DNA from: Paraspadella gotoi
Taxonomy: Eukaryota; Animalia; Chaetognatha
Length of the DNA: 64,000 bases
Reading direction: 5' to 3'
Assembly: GCA_051294375.1 (NCBI GenBank)
Contig: CM119268.1
Coordinates: 18,182,005-18,246,004, forward strand
Below the pieces are notes generated by a model that was given only the letters and a program-made list of their open reading frames with translations, was not told where the DNA came from and made no database searches. The stretch's first letter is position 1; each line of letters begins with the position of its first letter. Made by a program: the position numbers and the translations under genes. Shown piece by piece: positions 13,576 to 24,370 of the stretch.

Positions 13576-14231
13576 TATGGTGGACTAAAATCCACCAACC
13601 GTTCATCAGCGGCCATTGGTGCCGGAGGCATGTCATTCACTTCCCAACCCAAAGGTCCGGGGTTCTAGCCCGGTGGTCGTCTGGCAGTTAAGGGGGACGG
13701 GGCGCTTAACCCGCCTGTAACATGGTGTTACAGCCTGATCAGAAGCTCAGGGACTGCTTATATTGAACGGTTCTGTCATTAACACATAAAAATTATTACT
13801 GTCTTTTCATTGGTGAGCCCGACTTCCGAACTCAACAGCAACAACAACACTTTCAGGCGACATGCCTTAACCTGGCGATGCACTTTCCGCCCACAACACA
13901 TCAGGCGACATGCCTCAACTTGGTGACGAACTTTCCACCAACAACAACAATTCACTGAAGAGACGCAACAGACTTCTCCCTACGGGAGGGGGGGATGTAT
14001 GGTGGACTAAAATCCACCAACCGTTCATCAGCGGCCATTGGTGCCGGAGGCAAGTCATTCGCCTCCCAACCCAAAGGTCCGGGGTTCTAGCCCGGTGGTC
14101 GTCTGGCAGTTAAGGGGGACGGGGCGCTTAACCCGCCTGTAACATGGTGTTACAGCCTGATCCGAAGCTCAGGGACTGCTTATATTGAACGGTTATGTCA
14201 CTAACACATAACAAATATTACTGTCTCTTCA
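13576..14231 (+). mobile_element. TRIM (miniature non-autonomous LTR retrotransposon) with tRNA-like module in the LTRs; Helenus-like
   Basis: LTR1 13576-13809 and LTR2 13996-14231 (TG...CA), about 9 differences. PBS TGGTGAGCCCGAC at 13811-13823, one mismatch to tRNA-Trp-type TGGTGACCCCGAC. PPT GGGAGGGGGGGA at 13984-13995. AAAG on both flanks (13572-13575, 14232-14235). No coding capacity. Confidence 0.9.
13609..13680 (+). ncRNA. tRNA-like (Gly-like) segment inside TRIM LTR1; second copy at 14031-14102
   Basis: 72 nt. Acceptor-like GCGGCCA/TGGTCGT, A-box-like TGGTGCCGGAGG, loop (C/T)TCCCAA-like with CCC, B-box-like GGTTCTAGCCC in a CCGGG/CCCGG stem. Anticodon stem degenerate, so not a functional tRNA. 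Confidence 0.7.
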
Positions 14232-14347
14232 AAAGGTTTATTCGAGTGAGAGTTTCGTCCAACGGTGTCGACTTATAAAGAAGAGAGAAAGAGAGAGAAA
14301 CGTCGGTCGTATCAAGTATATATATTTAAAAAAACATGTCTCACTCT

Positions 14348-14505
14348 CGGCGTTGGCGTTGGCGTGGTCCACGAAATTGGCGTTGGCGTGGTCCACGGAA
14401 TTAGCGTTGGCGTTGTCCACGGAATTGGCTTTGGCGTTGGTGTTGGCGTGGTCCACGGAATTGGCGTTGGCGAGAGTTTCCCTGTAAGACTCAGCGTTGG
14501 CGTTA
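14348..14505. repeat. GC-rich minisatellite (GGCGTT)n interleaved with GTCCACGGAATT
   Basis: Four gtccacg(g/a)aatt cores separated by ggcgtt hexamers. Confidence 0.85.
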
Positions 14506-14872
14506 GATCTGACGGACGTATTCTTTAAGGCATCGATTGTACTGAGATATTTCCCTACTCCACTCGCAAGGAACATCGAAAATGACACGAGTAAAAAGAA
14601 AAAGTCTTTCATTCTTGAAAGAACGCTTGTTTTCTAGACAAATAAAAGTTTCGCTTTAGGAAATAGATTTTTTTTAATAATTGCTCTTTGTCGATCCGAG
14701 GTGTTCGTCATGCGGGCGCGAAAATCCGTGGGATGATTCAGTCGGAATTAAGGCACTAGTTACTTTTAAAAATTAGGAACAAATGACAAATGACCATTGT
14801 AGATAATTGTACCTCTATAACCTCTATACAAACGCCATCTACCTTCTTCCTCTCTCTCTCTCTCTCCCTCTA

Positions 14873-14903
<31 letters not shown>

Positions 14904-15073
14904 CCCTCTTCTCTCTCTTCTCTCTCTCTCTCTCTCTCTCTACAAGTCTTCACTCATTTCTTCCTCCATAGAATTTTTGAGCGCGCCCTATAAAAAATGC
15001 ATCTTCTTAACCGAACATTTTCCAGGACACAACTATGACGGGAAGGGCGGAAATAGGCGGAGAGGACAGAAAG

Positions 15074-15150
<77 letters not shown>

Positions 15151-15394
15151 AGGAGGAGGAGAGAAGAGTGAAGAGGAGATGGGTTATTGGAGCATTTAGG
15201 TCATGGAAAGTGAAGAATGCGGTTTCTTCGCCGTCCGGCAACCCGACGGCCAGTTTCAGCATTGCGCTCGATCCATGACGGTAAAAACTTTCTTTATGAG
15301 AGGACGTTTGGCTTATGAGAGGGCGCAATGGAGATTTGGGTGGGAGGAGAGAGGAAGAAGAAAAGAGTGAAGAAGAGGGAGAAGAGCAGGTTGT

Positions 15395-15468
15395 ATCTTC
15401 AAGATGCATCCCCCGGCAGAGAAATATAGGGGAAAGAGAGAGAGAAAGAGAGAAAGAGATAGAGGAGA

Positions 15469-15520
<52 letters not shown>

Positions 15521-15637
15521 GAAGAGCTTAAACTCTAGGATGCATCTGAACGATATGGTCTCCCGCAGAGAAGTTATAGAGGGAGAAGAGAGAGAGAGCA
15601 GAGAGAGAGAAGAATGACGAGGAGATAGGACGAGAGT

Positions 15638-15676
<39 letters not shown>

Positions 15677-15722
15677 ATCTCTAGGAGGCATCTGAACGAT
15701 ATTGTCTCCCGGCAGCGAAAGG
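15395..15722. repeat. Composite tandem repeat (about 140-bp period) of a gcatctgaacgatat..tctccc(g)gcag unit with GA tracts
   Basis: Three related cores near 15400, 15535 and 15680, separated by (GA)n. Confidence 0.6.
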
Positions 15723-15971
15723 AGACAAATTCTATTTATCTGAGACGAGAATCTGACATTTTTAGGATTCCGTCTGGTATCCGGAATCCGGAATCCGGAA
15801 TCCGGTATCCGGGACGGAGAGGAAGAAGAGGAAAGGGAATCAGAATTGGAAAATGGAGCAGGAAAAAGAAATAACACGAGAAGCAGTAAAAGCACAGTTT
15901 TAATAAAGTTTAGAATTAAATGTTATAGTAACATGTGATAATCCTTTCTTTTCGTTATTATTTAATATTTC

Positions 15972-16122
15972 GAGAAAACAAAGTGTTTTTGTATTTGTGA
16001 CAACGATTTATTTTAATAGACGGACATGTTTCATGTTATGAAGACTCGAACCCAAAGAGTCGAAACATGTCCGTCTATTAAAATAAATCGTTGTCACAAA
16101 TACAAAAACACTTTGTTTTCTC
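15972..16122. mobile_element. Palindromic Penelope-like element remnant containing a hammerhead-type core
   Basis: Perfect 61-bp inverted arms (15972-16032 / 16062-16122). Centre reads ttATGA-a-GACTC-gaacccaaa-GAGTC-GAAACATGTC, followed by AATAAA. Confidence 0.7.
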
Positions 16123-16379
16123 TAAATGTTATAGTTAAAATAACGAGATTTATTTAAGTTTAAAAAATAATAATTTTTGGGTCAAGAAAAAAAAATTACA
16201 AAAATATCGAGAATCTCCCTTTCTTATCACCGCAAATTTCACTTTGAAATCTTACTTTTAAGTAAAATCCACAAACAGACAGACAGACAGACAGACAATG
16301 AGGCAGACAAACAGTCAGGCAGACAGACAGGCAGAGAAACAGAAAGACTAATAAAAAAATTTTAATAGACACTTGATTA

Positions 16380-16912
16380 ATAAAGCGTAGCAAAAATAAT
16401 AAAATCAAATAAATAAATAAAAAAATATTTTTCTTTTTCAATATTCGCATACGCCCATATTTATACTTAGTACCCTGGAAAATGTATAAATTTTAAAATG
16501 TTTTTTTTAAGCAGATTCGAATTTCTCACGAAAAGTTGATATAAGGAAATAAAACTCTTTTTAGAAAATTATTTTATTAAGTGGGTCAAAATCCTAAAAA
16601 AACTTTTATTATTAACCTATATTTAAATTTTAGTATAAAAAATATATTTTTTTGAATTTTTGGCTAACTTTTTTAATTAAGGCCTATTTTTTCTTTTATC
16701 TACTTTTTATGATGAATTCGAATCTGTTTTCAAAACTAAGAAAACATTATTTTAAAATTTTTGACATTTTCTATGGTGAGTCCTATTTATAAATATTGGC
16801 GTATGCGAAAATTTGTTAAATTTTAAAAAAGATTTTATATATCAATTTTCTTTAGTCTAAAACTGTTCATGATTAACTATTCGAATTTTTATCTGCAACT
16901 TTCACTACGCCT
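16380..16912 (-). mobile_element. Diverged/partial MITE family A copy
   Basis: Ends in actttcactacgcct-ta. Internal ttaagtgggtcaaaa and gcagattcgaa blocks match the family. Left boundary approximate. Confidence 0.7.
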
Positions 16913-17380
16913 TATTGTTTAACTATAGTGTAGAGACAATTCGACTTTGAATTAAGAGCGAGACAAAATTTTAAAAAAATTTTTTCATTGGCGAAACGGA
17001 ATTTAAAATACAGAACGAGAGAAATAACATGTAATAACTGACCCGAAAATGTAAACGCCTTACCCCTAGGAGTTCCGGACCTGGCATCGTGGCGTCAACG
17101 GATGGAACCCACCCCCAAAAGGAAATGCCGTTTGGATTCGATTTTCCGGAAATCGGCCTGGGTCAAAGGGTCACGGGTCACGAGTCACGGGTCACTGATC
17201 GGCTCAGGTTGGACGCAGAAACCATCCGGTGACCTGAGGTCAGAGGTCGGGCATTCGATGAGGTGATTCACCGTCGTCGTCGTTGTTGTTGTCGTCATCC
17301 TCGTTTCCTTTCTCACAGATGAGAGGAGAAGAAATGTGGGATCGCAGAGGAAGTTGACCAGATCGGCTTGTCACTCTTTG

Positions 17381-17411
<31 letters not shown>

Positions 17412-17571
17412 TGTCGTTAAGGTAATTGCTGTTGCAATTAATGTTCTTATTGCAGTTTTTTTCCTGGTCATTATCAAGATATTGTGTCTCTCATTTTTGT
17501 ATTAAGCTGCGAACCTCACTTTGTTATATTTCCTTCACTTGGTTTTTGTTGTCGTCGTCGTCTTTGTCGTT

Positions 17572-17606
<35 letters not shown>

Positions 17607-18166
17607 CCGATGGGAATTCGTGACGCAAGGGAATTCAGGAAGGCAATTGAGTCACGATGGAAGACGGGGTGAGAATAAGAAAGGGAGAAAGAATACCGAG
17701 ATAGGAATAGAGAGGAACTTAGAAAAAAGGAAAGAATGAGAATAGAATTTAAAAAAGAAAGGATGGTAGAAAGAGAATGAAAATAAAAAGAAATAAACAC
17801 GTAAAAAAAACAGAAGAAAAAAAACAATAAATAATAAATAAATAAAAGAAAAGAGAAAATATAGGAAAAAAAATCTGAAAAAAATAGAGACAAGGATAAC
17901 GAAAAGTGAATGAGAACAAAAATGATGAATTGAAACTCAAGAGAATAATTTTTTTAAACTAATTCACTCCTAATGATCATAATGTTTTCGTTCATTTCTC
18001 TCGTGTTTAAATCTCATTTTCTTCTCCCTTTAACTTCTTTTCTTTTAACATTCATTTTCTTTTCCTTTCTTACCTTTCTTCGGCTCGCCGCAGGATCCAT
18101 TACGCTCCTCGGGTTTTCATCATTAACCCATAATTTCAGCCATCCATACTTACCTCTGGAGAATTG

Positions 18167-18273
<107 letters not shown>

Positions 18274-18653
18274 AGTCACGGAACTCCGTTTAATAAAGCC
18301 TTCACCGTTAAACACACAAAAAGTTGGACAAGAACAGGTTTAGTTTGGTGACAATGGTGACAAAGACAGGATATATAAATGATGATAATTATGATATTGA
18401 TGATGATGAAAATGATGTAGATGTTAACAAAATATATATTTACGTAATGGATTTCAAATAGTTAGGGTCGAAATTCTTTTTGCTATATTATAGAAACTTC
18501 TCCCAATAATCGGATAAAACTCTGTATTTAATTAAATAATTAAATAGTAGATTATTATCATCTATTATACTTTAAAATATCACTCGTTGATGCTTCTAAC
18601 CACGTTGCACCAAATATGCACACCATAGCGAACCATAGTGAACCCTTTCTATA

Positions 18654-18950
18654 CGAAGACGACTACGACATTCTTGCAAATGACGGAGACAAGGACCGCG
18701 ATTACGACGACGTCTTTTACGACGACGATGACGACGACGACGATGCCGACGGCAACAATTGACCCAAGGGATAACAGACATAAAACGAGAGAGAGGAAAA
18801 AGAATATGGAGAGCTGGAGCCGAGGGGAAAAGAGAGCGGCTTAGTTTTGAAAATGAGAGAAAATGTTTTTACAAAAAGAAACGATAACTGAACATTGTTT
18901 TCTACAAATATAACGAAATTAAAAAAATGGGCAGGAGAGAGAGAGAGAGA
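18654..18950 (+). repeat. About 290-bp segment duplicated at 31191-31485
   Basis: Near-identical cgaagacgac...gggcaggagagag sequence in both places. Confidence 0.92.
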
Positions 18951-21900
18951 GAGGAGAGAGAGAGGAGAGAGACGAGGAGAAGAAGACGAGAGAGGAGAGA
19001 GACAGAGGAGACGGAGGGGAGGAGAGGATTTAAAAAAAAATCGGGTTTATCTATTATATACTGAAGGGAACGGAAGAGGGAGAGAATTTTAGCTTGGGAG
19101 GGAGGGAGGATGAGGGGAGAACAATTCTAGGGAAGTCGGGTATGTACACTAGGGAAATAATAACAATTACATGTGTAGCGGGTCAAAAAATGAGGAGATG
19201 AGAGAGGTTAAAGAAGGATTGAAATATAGAAATTAGATTATGAAAATAACAATTTAAAAACATTTGTTTAGAGGGGCCACGAAACGGGCTACTCTTATAA
19301 TAATTTTAAAAAAATACAGTATAAATATTTATCTTGTATTTTATTATATGATACGAGAAGAACGAATAAAGTATGGGTTGCGGATATCATTTTGGGGTGG
19401 AAGTTCGCTCTGAGACCCTAGACCATGATAAACACGTAATGCCGTGGGGATGGGCCAAGAACATGCATCAGGTTCACTCAAGCCTGAGAAGACGCGTTTA
19501 TACGACATTGCCTCTCTATTATAAATTAAAATATTAAAAAATTGAAAAACATTAAGTGTACAAAAAATTTAAAAAGAGTGCTATTATTTTAGGAAGGTTG
19601 CAAAATGCAAAGTTTTCGCATTTAATTGGGAAACAATCGAATTTTATTTTTGTGTGTATCTTAGCAGACTATGTTTCGGCTCATAAATTCGAGGCCTTAT
19701 CAGCTGCTTTTGACAGTTAAATCGCGTAAAATCTTTGGACAGATTTTGTGAGTTAATAGAAGGAGGAGAGGAGAGAGAGAAGTGAAGAAGAGAGTCAAGG
19801 TGGTTAAAGTATTCAACACCGAATTGGAGGAAAAAGAGCATGTGGGTTACAAATTTTGGTGAGACAGGATTTTAGACAAAGGCCAGCTTTGATAAGACTA
19901 AAAAAAAAGTTATAAAAGCACAAGATCGGACAAAAAATAATGGAAAGAATGGGAAAATAATTAATATGCCAAGAACCATGATTCATGATCGTAGACGCGG
20001 ATCTATTGAAATAACTATACGATGCGGACATGTATAATTACCTCATATTGTTCATTTGACGCTTGAATAACCCATGTAAAAAAGAAGATCTATTTCTCTT
20101 TGGGGGGAGCGGGGGGGTGAGACGGGTAAGAATAGGTCAGTGGGCGTGATTGCACATAGACACGTCGGTTAATGAATCCATTGGGTTACCTGGGTGAGGA
20201 TTGAGTATAATGTGGATTTTTCTTTTAGAATCAAAATTTTTGGTTTTTGATCCTAATATTATAATGTTTGTGAGATGACTAACAAGTTAACCGCTCTCTC
20301 ATGACTTGTTGATTGTGAAGAATTGATTTGTTAGTTCATAGAGGAGGAGTGAAATGAAGTTACACTTATTGACGTTTAAATACCAAAAGAACAAGATTAA
20401 TGTATTCAGTTTATATTTATAAATGGTTATTTATGCAAATGAATACCAAGAGACTTCTTCGTACCAAACCAATCTAAGGAATTTAAACTCTCTGCAAAAC
20501 AAAATATAGTATATTGATTTAAACAGTAGGGAATTTATTTCTAGAAAGTGAAACAGTTTATGTTTCTTGAAGATATGTGGTCATTCTCATATGTTGTACA
20601 CGTTTAAATTTGTTATATTTGTTTTGTATTTGTTTCTCAGCGGAACAGAAAGAACAGGACACGTCAGCTGACAATAGTACATATGAAAGGAGGTAAAACG
20701 CCGAGACGACAGTAGGGTGCGATCAGGGCGATCGGATGTTGGGCGGCGCTGGTCTCTTGTCTTGTATCTTAGACTTTCTTGCTACTTATAATTCACTCTA
20801 CAAAATAAAAACAACAAATCACATTTTAAACACAGAAAAAACCCTCAGAATTGAAAGAATAATTATTAATTCGAAATTGGGGGGGGCATCTGTTGGCCAA
20901 ACGGCTAAACCTGTAATCTCCGTCCTTCACAAATAGCTTCTCGCCTCTCATACCGAGGGATTAAGATACAGAGGTGAAGTATTGTAAGGAAGTGGCAAAG
21001 GGTTGATTTAACTTCTTCAACCTGTAAACAGAAAGGAGAAATTCAGATACTTCTCGCGGAGATGAGCTTGAATTATTGATAATGCAATAATTCCGTGAAA
21101 AAAAGAACCGTAAATCTAACTTTTAAGAAGATTTAAAAAATGTATGGAATTTTTTAATGATATTCTTGTTCTCATAGATGTCTTATGTTTCGTTTCGTTG
21201 TCATTTTATTGTTTTGTATTGAGTAAACGATAACGAGCCAGGGTAGAATTCGGATCGAGGGAAGAAATGAGGAATGGAGTGGAGCGAAATAAATAAAAAC
21301 AAAAACAAATTCGTGAACTAAGCCGTAGCACGACCCACGAAAAATTGATGTAGATATAGGAGACCTTATTTTCATAATATGCCAGGGATAGTTCCTTCGG
21401 AAACTACTACTTATAAAGATAGACAAATAAAAGATACAACGCCATACTTTAATAAGTATTAATAGCGGCGCAATTTAATCGCACCGTTTTAGGGTAATAC
21501 TCAAAAAAAACAAAAAAAAAACAAACAAAGCAATATACAAAAGAAAAAAAACCTGTTTGCTTGGAATTCTAGCGATCTCATTTATACAACTTGAACTAGT
21601 TTTTATAAATTAAAGTTTACTTTTTTGTGTTGTATTTTTGTTTTAATAATCGAAGAGAATGAGGTGAAGGCAGAATTGGTATCGCGCGCGGTATATGAAC
21701 GTGTACCGGTCTTTGTGTAGGAGCAGAAGGGTGTAGAAAATTAACCAGCTTGCCTCTCCCCGCTTTCGTTTCGGCGGGTGGCCCGTATACAGCTCGGGCC
21801 GGACCACATGCATTACTTCTTGTCAGGGAGGGCGCTCCGCGTCGAGTGCATCATCTTCCTAACAATCTTCGGACTAGCTTTCTTCGAGCCTCATATATTG

Positions 21901-22943
21901 GGGAATTTTTCTGGGCGAAACAAGGGGGGGCGGGGGTCGGGGGCGGGGGGGGAGAACGGAGCGGGCGTCGGGGGGGGGCGCGGGCGTAAAACGACCAGGG
22001 AAAAAAAAGATGGAGAGAAGAGCAGAGGAGAAGAGAAAGAATAAAGGAAAAGGGAGAGAGAAGAAGAAGAAAAAGAAAATAGTATATACCAATTTACTTT
22101 TGGCACAGTCGAAGTACAACAAGGGGAAAACTAAAGATAATGGAAAACGATTGAAATGTTTCTGACTAATAACCAATTTGAAATAAGAAATTGAATAGAT
22201 GTAAAGAAGAACATTGAAATTTTGATGATTTTAGATTAGAGGATAGATAAAAGTAAATATTGTAGTGAAATATAAGGAATCAGAAAGAGCTCAAAATGAG
22301 CTGGGCCGCCCCGGTCTGCGTGAAGGAAAGCACCTTGCTGACTGTGCCGGTCATTGGCGGTGCATAGGTTGGGAAGATCACAGGATATCATCTCGTGTTT
22401 AGGCGGGCCTCTCAATTGTTCCCTGCCCAACAAACCCAAGGCCACCCTAATAATCCCCTCTGGCCTGATACGACCTGCGACGCGCCCATCTTCTCACCTT
22501 GACCTTGTGAGGGGCGGTGTCTCACTTCTTGCACATTGTTGTTGACAGGGATGCTGGAGTCTCTTCTTCATCCTCCTGCAGCCGTCTGCTTGCGACGACG
22601 CCCCAGCCCGTCAGAGAAAGCGGGCTGAGTGTGTTGAAGAGATGTTCGGCAGGTGTCAGGTGGGGAGCCATCGGTTGACGAAGGTCTCCGCCTGCTCGTT
22701 GGAGTAGGGACAGGGGAGTACATTGCTGCGGTTGTGGTGGTGTGGGGTGTTCCACCCACTGCTTTGATGAAGCGCCGAATCATAGTTTGGAGGGAGATCG
22801 AATCATCCTACCATCGCGTTCGAGAAGAGGGTTCGAGGGGCCTTGCATGTTAATATGGCCTCTCTAATCAACCACAATTGAACCACGTTAGGGTTCATGG
22901 GGACAGCACGAGACAGTCCTTCCTCTCTGAATCAGATGACACT

Positions 22944-23541
22944 AAGGGGGGGGTCGTGTAGTAAAATTTCTAAATTTAACTTTAATTAAAATTCTAAAAG
23001 TGAGGAACGAACAACATTAATTAATGAACATTTATGTAATTAAAAAATTATAATAAATTTTACAATTTACGCAGTAGGCCATATTTATACTAGTACTAAT
23101 CCAATAAATGTTAAAATTTCAAAACAGTTTTTAATTTTTTCAGATTTGGATTCGTCATAAAAAGTTGATAAAAAAAGAAATAAAACTCTTTTTGAAAAAT
23201 TCCTTATTAAGTGGGTCAAAAATTAGAAAAAGCTATATTTTAAGCTGAAAATATTTTTATATATTAAATATAGTTTTTTAATTTTTAACCCACTTAATGA
23301 AAGAATTTTTAAAAATGATTTATATTTTCTTTATCAACTTTTGACAAGATTCAAATCTGCAATCAAAATTAAGAAAAGCTATTTGAAATTTTTGATTTTA
23401 TAAGGATAGTACTATATATAAATATAGCCTACTGCGAAAATTAAAAAACATAAAATTATTTTTTTACAAATTAATGTTACTGATGAGTATGTTGTTCATA
23501 ATTGACTTTAGAATTTCGTAGTTAACTTTCACTACGTCGCT
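22944..23541 (-). mobile_element. MITE family A copy, reverse orientation, noisy termini
   Basis: Reverse complement of the 12154-12763 body, inserted in a GC-rich block. Confidence 0.88.
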
Positions 23542-24124
23542 TAATGGACCACTTGAGCGTGCCGTGCTCTGGCACCGTGCGTGACATGATATGCCCGACG
23601 CAGCGTCTCATGTAGAGTCTTACGTGTGCCTGAAAACGGTCTGAGAACGAAGACTTAGCCTGTCTCCGCGCCACATATGTGTCTCGCACAAGGGTTGTGG
23701 TTGCCCGCCCTGCACAGGGCCGCCCAATAGACGGCTCCTGATGTTTTCTAGGTCTGGGGATTTTGTCCTTTCGGGTTCACCATTTTTGTCAACGAGGCGA
23801 GCCGCGGTCCGTCACTGAGAGGAGATCCCCTGCTTTGCTAGCACCCGCACCAATAAACTCAGTGTATCCGCCTGGTGGTAGGGGAGGGACAAGTGGCCAC
23901 GTTCCTGGGTCGCTTCTGCTTTATCTTCATTTGCGCTTGGTGGCGCAGGTAGATGTTTCATCAGGTCAAGCTTCCCCACCCATCGCGTCCTGTGGGGGCA
24001 GAGGATGCGGACAGCGGTCTAGGCGGAGTACTTGGGAGAAAGGTATAACCATGAAGTTGAAAATCAAGAATCTTTGTATATTTAAAGATTATTTTATTTC
24101 TAAATCTTACCTATATGAAATAAT

Positions 24125-24370
24125 TTTATAAGAATAAGTTATTTTTTCTTTAATCAACTTTTTGACGAGGAAGCTCAAATCTGCGATCAGAATTAACAAA
24201 AAGTTCCATTTATTTAAAATGTTGGATTTTTTGAAGGATAGTACTGATATATAGAATATAATGTAAAAATAAAAAATAAAAAAAATTTTTTTTTTTTATA
24301 AAATTATGTTTAATAGGTGGCTACGCTGGCATAAAAATGCAAAATAGAATTTTCATACGATGACTTCACG
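24125..24370 (-). mobile_element. MITE family A half-copy, degraded
   Basis: tcaactttttgacgagg...aaatctgc.atc..aattaa..aaaag...aaggatagtact matches one arm. Confidence 0.55.

Noticed and set aside
13609-13680. Functional tRNA-Gly gene
   Set aside because: The anticodon and D stems pair poorly and the segment is embedded in LTRs.
13576-14231. Direct repeats read as a hammerhead retrozyme (CTGATGA on the minus strand at about 13603-13609)
   Set aside because: No GAAA/stem III follows the motif; PBS, PPT and TG...CA fit a TRIM better.
14348-14505. CRISPR-like repeat-spacer array
   Set aside because: The spacers are the same hexamer rather than unique sequences; eukaryotic context; no cas genes.
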